This document shows, in pieces, positions 57,023 through 64,000 of a DNA stretch of 64,000 nt; positions within the stretch are counted from its first letter, which is position 1, and each line of letters starts with the position of its first letter. Position numbers and translations under genes: made by a program. The stretch is from Magnetococcales bacterium DCbin4. GTDB taxonomy: Bacteria > Pseudomonadota > Magnetococcia > Magnetococcales > UBA8363. The notes beneath the pieces are model-generated. The model ran no database searches. It was given only the letters and a program-made list of their open reading frames with translations, and had not been told where the DNA came from. The stretch lies in contig PEAN01000001.1 in assembly GCA_002753735.1 (NCBI GenBank), positions 17,040-81,039 on the forward strand. Reading direction: 5' to 3'.

Positions 57023-57319
57023 CTAACGAACCCTTCGAAAAAGACGGGCACCGACACCTTTATTGGAGCTACCTGTACGGTCAGGTCGTTCTCTGGCACG
57101 GTCCACCTTGAGCAACCGTCCTTCGAGTTCCCGACCGTTGAACTGGGTGATCATTCGTTCCGGATCGTCGACTTCGACAAAGGCAAAGCCTCGCGAACGA
57201 CCGGTTTCGCGGTCACGGACCACCTTGACGACGCCAACGTCGAGATCAGTTGAAAAAAAATGATGCAATTCAACTTCGGTGGCGTCAAAAGGCAGGTTGC
57301 CTACAAATACCTTACCCAC
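57023..57319 (-). CDS. RNA-binding protein with a single RRM domain
   Basis: RNP2 VFVGNL and RNP1 RGFAFVEV. The start is probably the GTG at 57319-57317 (MGKVFVGNLPF). An upstream ATG at 57403 is an alternative. Confidence 0.8.
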   Translation of the reverse strand: MGKVFVGNLPFDATEVELHHFFSTDLDVGVVKVVRDRETGRSRGFAFVEVDDPERMITQFNGRELEGRLLKVDRARERPDRTGSSNKGVGARLFRRVR

Positions 57320-57529
57320 ATTGTGTCCCCCATCACGCAACAGGTAGAAGGAAATGCCAGCAGAATGTTTCCAGTCCGGCAGATTCCCATTGAACGACGC
57401 CATCGTACACGTATTTTTCCGGTTTGCACAGACTGTTTGTAACCGCTCCATCAATTTTAGAAATGACTAATAAATCATGTGAAACCATTGATTCCGGCAA
57501 AAGGACGATGAGCGCTTGAAAAAAATGTT

Positions 57530-58153
57530 TTAAAAAAGGGAAAAGGATGGCCTTTGGTCCAGGGATTGACGGCACAATCGGAGCTGTTCCTTATAATCAG
57601 CAGCCCGTTGAGCGACTTTATCGGAGACGGCCATGAGCCATGGCTTTTTCAGATAGCTTTTGTTCTTATATCCTTTATGTCCTTCATGATAGGCTAAATA
57701 TTGAGATTTTGCATCCCACTTTGATAATTTAAGGATTTTATGGCTTTGGTCGGAATACCAACCGATAAAGTCGACGGCATCCTCGAATTCATCCCGGTCG
57801 GCCTTCGCGTTGCCCGTTTTGATCTTGTACCATTCCCAGGTATCATCCAGTGCCTGTGCATAGCCAAAGGCGCTGGAAATTCTGGGACCGGGAATGAAAC
57901 CGAGCCATCTTTTGCGGGGAGGTTTGGCATCCGATCTGAATTTGGATTCCTGGTGAATGATGGCCAATTGGACGTGCATGGGGGTTCCCCATTTTTTTTC
58001 GGTCGCACGCAAGCTTCGATACCAATCATCGCGACCATCCAGGAGAATGCAGGCTTGATCAATATTGGCTGGAACCGTGGCACAACTGGTCAGAATGGGG
58101 AGGAGCAACCAGATCGTCTGTCGTAATTTTTGAACCCAACCACCAAAATTCAT
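57530..58153 (-). CDS. Lipoprotein with a lytic-transglycosylase-like motif
   Basis: Start reset to MNFGGWVQKL...LLPILTSC (lipobox). AIIHQESKF (catalytic Glu-Ser) and FGYAQALDDTW. Confidence 0.65.
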   Translation of the reverse strand: MNFGGWVQKLRQTIWLLLPILTSCATVPANIDQACILLDGRDDWYRSLRATEKKWGTPMHVQLAIIHQESKFRSDAKPPRKRWLGFIPGPRISSAFGYAQALDDTWEWYKIKTGNAKADRDEFEDAVDFIGWYSDQSHKILKLSKWDAKSQYLAYHEGHKGYKNKSYLKKPWLMAVSDKVAQRAADYKEQLRLCRQSLDQRPSFSLF

Positions 58154-58890
58154 TGATCTTCCAATCGGGTGATCGATCTTGCCGTACGTGGTGGATTGCG
58201 CCATCATGGCGGGACGGGAATAGAAGTGGACCATGGTTGCAAATGATTGATGGTAACGATTGTTTCGATTCCATCGCCATCAAAAAGAGCCGATCTCCCA
58301 ACCGGGAGATCGACTGAAAAGTGATCTGCCGGATTCAGATTAATGAAATGACCCCATCACTTCAAGTGTATTCATATAGATTTTTTAGATGGACTGGGCT
58401 TCATGGGCCTTTCCGACCCAATATCAACCTACTGTCAACCTTGGGTGAATCATGATGTTATTGAAAAGGAAATCCGAACCTGGATCAAGGGTTGTATCCT
58501 TCGATTCCCCGCTTCATTTTGGATGACGCAATAACTGCGAATTTCAATTTTGACGCAGATGAAACATGAAAAACTCTGGACAGCTATTTCGCATGCCGTT
58601 ATGATCTTTCCAGAATGGTGTCTGTTTTTTCTTTGGGGGGATTGATGAAAGGCCGGTCAAACATGGCTCCATGGCAAGCAAGGCGTGCCAAAGGTCGGTG
58701 GCTGATTGGTTAAATCTGGTTGAACGGTCGCTTTGGTTTTCAACCATCTCCTGTTTTTCTGCATCTCCTCTTTTTTCATTTCCTTCGCGTTTTTGAAAGT
58801 GGTAACGATCATGCCGCGATGGATATCAGGTCGGGAAACGGTTTGCGATTTTTCACTTTTTAACTCAATCAGCACTGGGGAACCTTCATT

Positions 58891-61800
58891 ATGATTAAAA
58901 GCACAAGCATTCTGGCTTTGTCAGCACTCTTTACAATGGGTGTCGCAGCCTGTGGTGGTGGTGGCGGCAGCTCCGATCCAGGGATTGGTGGTCTGGCAGT
59001 CGATGGACCGGTCAAAAGTGGTACGGTCAAGGTGTATAATGCGGGTGGAACCCAGTGTTCTGCGGCGACGGTAACGACGAATTCCGATGCAACCTTCAGC
59101 ATCAGCGGCAGTTCGTGTACCTATCCATTGGTGCTGGAACTGTCGGGCGGTACCGATACCCTGCATTCCGCCGCAGGGGTTACGGTTCCGGTCGGAACCA
59201 TGCGTTCCATCGTGGCCAGCAGTGCTTCGTCCAAGGCCAACATTTCTCCGTTCTCCACCTTGATCTACCATGCCCTGATCAAGGACAAGACCAATCTGAC
59301 CGATGCCGGCGTCACGACCACCAGCGCCTCCAGTGACATTGCTTCCCGGGCCACCTCGGTCATCAATGCCTTTGGCTTTGGTGTCGATGCCAATACCGAC
59401 GGCAGTTCCAACAGCAGCTTCAATCCCATCGCCTATTCGTTGGGCAATACCAATATTGCAACCTTCGTTCAGGCGAGCGAAGCCTTGTCCGAAACCGTCC
59501 GTCGTACCGCCAAGGCCGCGGGTGGTGTCAGTGTCACCAACATTGAGGCGATTCTCAAAACCATCGGCCAGGATCTTTCCGACGACTCCCTGGACGGCAA
59601 CATGAAGAAGGCGGATGGAACTTCGACCACCGTCTCTTCCGGCATCTCCGGTTTCGGCACCGACAGTGTCCGCGCCTGGGCCAGATCCAACGCCCTGTTC
59701 GTCCTCAACGAAATCTATTCCACCGATGGCCTGAGGATTACCGATCAAACCGGATCCCAGGTCAGCGCCCTTACCGCCCTCAAAACAGCGGTCTCCGGGG
59801 TCAGCGGTTCGGCGACCACCAGCTATGACAGCGTCAAGCCGACCTCTGCGGTGGCCACGCAGTGGAGCGATGCCAAGAAAACCGCCCTGGCGCTTCTGGG
59901 TCTTTCCTCCCTTTCGGATCTGGGAATTTCCACGGACTTGACGACGTCGCAATCGGTCAGTTCCCGGGGTGCCAAAGCGGTCAACTCCACCTACGTTTCC
60001 AATGTGGCCGATTCCACCAAGGTTTCGACCTATTCGGCCAACGTCAGTGCCGCGATTTCCGGTTCCTCATCCACCAGTTCTTCGACATCCAGCACCTCGA
60101 CGAGTTCCGCGACCGTAACGGGTACCGCAGTTGAAGGTCCCGTGTCGAGTGCGAGCATCAAGGTGTACAACGCCAATGGAACCGAGTGTTCAGCGGCGGC
60201 AACCACAACCAATTCCAATGCCCAGTTCACCTTGAACATTGGTTCCTGTACCCCTCCGCTCGCTGTTGACCTTTCGGGTGGTACCGACTCGGTACACAGC
60301 ACCACGGGTGGTACGATGCCTCAGACCAACATGCGTTCCATCATTGGAACCGCCAGTCAGAGCATTGCCAATATCTCACCCTTCTCCACACTGATTTATT
60401 ATGCCCTGATCGGGGAGAGCAGTAATCTGGCCGACGCGGGGATCACGACCAGTACCGTTTCGACCCAGCTCAAGACCAAATCGACTGCGGTGTTGGCCGT
60501 TTTTGGATTCGGTGTCGATACGAATACCGACGGTACCTCCACTGATGATTTCAATCCCATCACCGCCAACCTTGGTTCGACCAATCTGGCAACCTTCATT
60601 CAGGCCAGTGAAGCCCTGTCCGAAACGGTCCGGCGTACCGCCAGTTCCGCGGGTAGTGTCAGCAGCTCCAACATTGGCTTGTTATTCCGTTCCCTGGGTC
60701 AGGATCTGTCCGATGACACTTTGGACGGTAGCATGAAGAAGAAGGATGGTTCCACGGGCACCGTCTCTTCCGGAATTACCGGTTTTGACATGTCCAACGT
60801 ACGTGCCTTTGTTCAGACCAATGCCCTGTTCGTCCTCAACGAAGTGTTTTCAACGGGTGGTTTGAAAATTACCGATACGACCGGAACGCAACGTTCCGCC
60901 CTGGATGCCATCAAGTCGGCGGTGCAAGGGGTACGTTCTTCTGCCGTTGCGACCTTTGACAGTGTCAAACCCAGCGGTATCGTTGCGACCCAGTGGCAGT
61001 TGGCCAAAACCACGGCTTTGACCCTGGGTGGTTTCAGCAGCCTTGCACAACTTGGAATTTCCTCCGACATTTCAACTTCGGTTGCGATCAGTGCCCGTCC
61101 TTTCATGGTCAGCAGCACGGTGGCGGCCAACTTTGTTGACGCCAACAAGGTTGCCTCCTTCTCTGCCAACATTACTCAGGCCAATGCGATCTTCGTCAGT
61201 GCTGCCGTTTCCGCTGCCGCTGTTGCCTCGGCCTCGGCTGCTGCAAGGGCTTCTGCTTCTGCCTCAGCTTCTGCCTCAGCTTCTGCTTCTGCCTCTGCCT
61301 CCGGTTCCACTTCGACATCGGCTTCCACGTCCGCCTTCTGGGTACCGCTCAGCTCCATCACGTTGACGGACTATCCGAGCAATACCGCAACGACTTTGAC
61401 GCCCAATCTGACCTCCATTTCCGGAGGCGAGTTGACCGTGTCATTGTCTTCGACCGCGACGGTCAGTGCTTCCAACCTGGCATTGTTGGCCAGTTCGAGT
61501 GTTTCTTCTTCCGCAACCCCGCCGGTGTTGAATTTCCGTTTGACCAACATTCCTTCGGGCAGTGGATCCATTGGTGTGACCATGAACCTGTTGGATGGCA
61601 GCGATTCTTCCAGAACTACCGGAGAACGGATGATTTCCGCCACCTTCAGTCTGCCCTACAGCAGCAACGGCACCACGTTGACCTTGACCAGTCCGTCTTC
61701 TGCCACGGTCAGCTATTACACCAAAACAGCGACTTCGGCGTCCTCTGCCACGTTGTCGAATGTTTCCGTTTCCAACCTGGTGGCGACTTCGTCGGGTTCC

Positions 61801-62025
61801 AATCAGTCCAGTCTGAGTACCGACCTCAAATTGCGGATCGCCACTTTGTTCAATACCGCTTCTTCCAACGGCAATTCGATTCTGGCGCAATCGCTCAATG
61901 GTACGAGCCAGGCAGGCAACTACTATTATTCGGTCGATTTTTCCGGGGTCACCCTTACCGGGATCGATGCCAGCAGCAATGCTTCAAACTTCTCCAAGGT
62001 CAAGGGGACGTTTACCGCACGGTAA
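58891..62025 (+). CDS. Large Ser/Thr/Ala-rich surface lipoprotein with an internal 377-aa duplication
   Basis: Lipobox GVAAC followed by GGGGGSS. Repeat 1 is 58990-60120 and repeat 2 is 60121 to about 61200, each opening GPV.SG.VKVYNA.GT.CSAA. (Ala-Ser)n linker and a distinct C-terminal domain. No family recognised. Confidence 0.8.
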   Translation: MIKSTSILALSALFTMGVAACGGGGGSSDPGIGGLAVDGPVKSGTVKVYNAGGTQCSAATVTTNSDATFSISGSSCTYPLVLELSGGTDTLHSAAGVTVPVGTMRSIVASSASSKANISPFSTLIYHALIKDKTNLTDAGVTTTSASSDIASRATSVINAFGFGVDANTDGSSNSSFNPIAYSLGNTNIATFVQASEALSETVRRTAKAAGGVSVTNIEAILKTIGQDLSDDSLDGNMKKADGTSTTVSSGISGFGTDSVRAWARSNALFVLNEIYSTDGLRITDQTGSQVSALTALKTAVSGVSGSATTSYDSVKPTSAVATQWSDAKKTALALLGLSSLSDLGISTDLTTSQSVSSRGAKAVNSTYVSNVADSTKVSTYSANVSAAISGSSSTSSSTSSTSTSSATVTGTAVEGPVSSASIKVYNANGTECSAAATTTNSNAQFTLNIGSCTPPLAVDLSGGTDSVHSTTGGTMPQTNMRSIIGTASQSIANISPFSTLIYYALIGESSNLADAGITTSTVSTQLKTKSTAVLAVFGFGVDTNTDGTSTDDFNPITANLGSTNLATFIQASEALSETVRRTASSAGSVSSSNIGLLFRSLGQDLSDDTLDGSMKKKDGSTGTVSSGITGFDMSNVRAFVQTNALFVLNEVFSTGGLKITDTTGTQRSALDAIKSAVQGVRSSAVATFDSVKPSGIVATQWQLAKTTALTLGGFSSLAQLGISSDISTSVAISARPFMVSSTVAANFVDANKVASFSANITQANAIFVSAAVSAAAVASASAAARASASASASASASASASASGSTSTSASTSAFWVPLSSITLTDYPSNTATTLTPNLTSISGGELTVSLSSTATVSASNLALLASSSVSSSATPPVLNFRLTNIPSGSGSIGVTMNLLDGSDSSRTTGERMISATFSLPYSSNGTTLTLTSPSSATVSYYTKTATSASSATLSNVSVSNLVATSSGSNQSSLSTDLKLRIATLFNTASSNGNSILAQSLNGTSQAGNYYYSVDFSGVTLTGIDASSNASNFSKVKGTFTAR

Positions 62026-62042
62026 ATGGTTTGTCTGTAATG

Positions 62043-62075
62043 AAAAAAGAGCGCACTTGGTGCGCTCTTTTTTTT
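62043..62075. terminator. Bidirectional intrinsic terminator between the lipoprotein gene (+) and trmL (-)
   Basis: A6-GAGCGCAC-ttg-GTGCGCTC-T8. Confidence 0.8.
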
Positions 62076-62082
62076 GGGTGGG

Positions 62083-62616
62083 TTATTCGGTCACCGTATC
62101 GAGACCCGGAAAGCCGTTTTGCCGCAACGCCTCATAAAGCACAATGCCAACACTCATCGCCAGATTGAGGCTGCGGCAGTCTGGAATCATCGGAATGCGC
62201 AACAGATTGGATCGATATTCTTGCAGAATATGATCTGGCAAACCCCTTCCTTCAGAACCAAACAACAAATGATCTCCTGGACGATAGGACCATGCGTCAT
62301 GATGTTGTGTTCCCTGGGTTGAAATGGCCAGGCATCGATGTCCCTCGGGAAAGGCTTCCCGGTAGTGTTCCCAATCCCGCCACCGGGACACCTGTGCCAG
62401 ATCGCGATAATCCATTCCCGCCCGCCGTAACCCGGGGGCATCGAGCCGGAATCCCAGGGGACCGATCAAATGCAACGGGCTGGCGGTGGCGGCACACAGG
62501 CGAATGATGGTTCCAGTATTTGGCGGAATTTCGGGCTGATAGAGCACGACATGAAACGAACCTTTCGCCATTTTTTCCGCCGCAACCTTTTCGGGATCAA
62601 AAAAATGCGTTTTCAT
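62083..62616 (-). CDS. trmL: tRNA (cytidine/uridine-2'-O)-methyltransferase TrmL (SpoU family)
   Basis: VVLYQPEIPPNTGTIIRLCAAT and SLNLAMSVGIVLYEALRQ. The alternative start at 62571 (MAKGSF) would give the usual length of about 160 aa. Confidence 0.85.
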   Translation of the reverse strand: MKTHFFDPEKVAAEKMAKGSFHVVLYQPEIPPNTGTIIRLCAATASPLHLIGPLGFRLDAPGLRRAGMDYRDLAQVSRWRDWEHYREAFPEGHRCLAISTQGTQHHDAWSYRPGDHLLFGSEGRGLPDHILQEYRSNLLRIPMIPDCRSLNLAMSVGIVLYEALRQNGFPGLDTVTE

Positions 62617-62766
62617 GGGGTCCTTTTTTTAGACGTGGGTTGACAAACCCCGCGCCAAACAGGAACATGGCGCATTCTGACAGCAATTGCATCGTCCGGG
62701 ACCGCCCGGAGATACTTCGAACACATTACGGCAACCATCTTTACGAATACCCCTTGGAGGTCAAAA

Positions 62767-63300
62767 TTGTCCATGGCTATCGAGGCAGAAGAAAACAGGC
62801 GGGATTTTCTCATCCTGGCCACCAGCGCCTTCGGGGTGGCAGGTGTTGCCGCCGCCGCCTGGCCGTTCATCCGTTCATGGAGTCCATCGGCGGACGTTCT
62901 GGCACAGGCGACGACCGAAGTCGATATCAGTGCCCTGCAAAAAGGGCAGATGATCACCATTCCCTGGCAAGGTAAACCCGTCTTCGTCGTTCACCGTACA
63001 CCGGAAATGATCACCTCCGCTCAGAGCGGCGACAAGGAATCCCTTCCCGATCCGGCAAAGGACGCTGATCGGGTGAAAAAACCCGAATACCTTGTCCTCC
63101 TTGCCGTCTGTACGCATTTGGGCTGCGTACCACAACCCATCGGCACGGGCAACTTCGGTGGCTTCCTCTGCCCTTGTCATGGTTCCCATTACGATACTTC
63201 CGGACGCATTCGCCAGGGGCCGGCACCGAGAAATCTTGAGGTCCCCTACTATGATTTCAAGGATGAGAAGACCTTGGTCATTGGCAAGGCCATGGCCTGA
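62767..63300 (+). CDS. petA: Ubiquinol-cytochrome c reductase Rieske iron-sulfur subunit
   Basis: Tat-type RRDFL signal. CTHLGCVP and CPCHGSHYD Rieske boxes. Confidence 0.93.
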   Translation: MSMAIEAEENRRDFLILATSAFGVAGVAAAAWPFIRSWSPSADVLAQATTEVDISALQKGQMITIPWQGKPVFVVHRTPEMITSAQSGDKESLPDPAKDADRVKKPEYLVLLAVCTHLGCVPQPIGTGNFGGFLCPCHGSHYDTSGRIRQGPAPRNLEVPYYDFKDEKTLVIGKAMA

Positions 63301-63353
63301 TCGCCAATCGTATCGGAACCCGGCGTCCTGCCTCAAAGATAGGAGTGTTTGAC

Positions 63354-64000
63354 GTGTCAAAAATCATGGAATGGATAGACGCCCGTCTACCCGTAACCGA
63401 ACTGATCAAAAGTCAGGCAACCGAATATCCCACCCCAAAAAATTTGAACTATTGGTGGAATTTTGGTTCCTTGGCTTTGATGGTCCTCATCATCATGATC
63501 GCCACCGGTCTTTTTCTGGCGATGCATTATAAACCTGATGCCCTGCTGGCCTTCAATTCCGTCGAACACATCATGCGCGATGTGAATTTTGGCTGGTTGT
63601 TGCGGTACATGCATGCCAATGGTGCCACCTTTTTCTTCATCGCGGTGTACATCCACATTTTGCGTGGCATGTATTATGGATCCTATCGCGCCCCGCGGGA
63701 AATCCTGTGGTGGATCGGCATCGTCATTTTCTTCATGCTCATGGGGACCGCCTTCATGGGTTATGTCCTTCCCTGGGGACAGATGTCCTACTGGGGTGCC
63801 GCGGTGATCACCAATCTGATGAGTGCCATCCCGGTGGTCGGTGAAGAGTTGGTGATTTGGATCTGGGGTGGTTTTTCGGTCTCCGACCCCACCCTCAACC
63901 GGTTTTTCGTATTGCACTTCCTCCTGCCGCTGTTGGTGGTCGGAGTGGTGGTGGTTCATCTTTGGGCACTGCATGCGGTTCATTCCAACAACCCGGTGGG
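63354..64000 (+). CDS. petB: Cytochrome b of the bc1 complex; 3' end cut by the window edge
   Basis: Open frame from GTG 63354 (AGGAG 8 nt upstream) to the window end: [12 protein letters not shown]...[12 protein letters not shown]...[14 protein letters not shown]. Absent from the ORF track because it has no stop. Confidence 0.92.
   Translation, partial: MSKIMEWIDARLPVTELIKSQATEYPTPKNLNYWWNFGSLALMVLIIMIATGLFLAMHYKPDALLAFNSVEHIMRDVNFGWLLRYMHANGATFFFIAVYIHILRGMYYGSYRAPREILWWIGIVIFFMLMGTAFMGYVLPWGQMSYWGAAVITNLMSAIPVVGEELVIWIWGGFSVSDPTLNRFFVLHFLLPLLVVGVVVVHLWALHAVHSNNPV

Noticed and set aside
1-64000. CRISPR arrays, rRNA genes and prophage blocks.
   Set aside because: No spaced direct-repeat arrays, rRNA-like conserved stretches or phage structural-gene runs were seen anywhere in the window.

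Overview
This is a 64-kb chromosomal window from a Gram-negative, proteobacterium-like genome with moderate GC. I cannot assign a species from the sequence alone. About 85% of it is tightly packed core genes:
- rsmG-parA-parB-dnaB-alr
- rpmH-rnpA-yidD-yidC
- a lone pilC
- fur, divergent from feoA-feoB plus a small Cys-rich feoB partner gene
- argD-argF-argG-argH
- two PpiC-type PPIases plus a SapC-family gene
- a ClC channel, uvrD, and hemA-prfA
- pyrR-pyrB-pyrC-pyrK
- a tRNA Pro-Arg-His cluster
- two tandem porin paralogues
- a cobalamin riboswitch driving cbiMNQO
- slt, ftsY and trmL
- petA-petB, running off the right edge

The less ordinary content is:
1. A family of non-coding, MITE-like inverted-repeat elements capped by an A-run and a T-run. 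It has six clear copies plus one distant relative, all at gene ends and in both orientations.
2. An AT-rich islet of about 4 kb next to the tRNA cluster. It holds a DUF1640 gene broken by an 11-bp tandem duplication, a DUF3800-like gene, an antitoxin remnant, higBA, and an acyltransferase-3 gene whose 5' end carries a G19 homopolymer.
3. A translationally coupled family-2 glycosyltransferase and a CxxxCxxC (radical-SAM-like) protein with an unrecognised N-terminal domain.
4. A 1044-aa Ser/Thr-rich lipoprotein built from a 1131-bp internal duplication plus (Ala-Ser)n tracts.
5. An Rpn/PD-(D/E)XK-type nuclease gene carrying a 12-bp coding tandem repeat.

I found no CRISPR array, rRNA, integrase or transposase. 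All family names come from motif recognition by eye. No database search was run.
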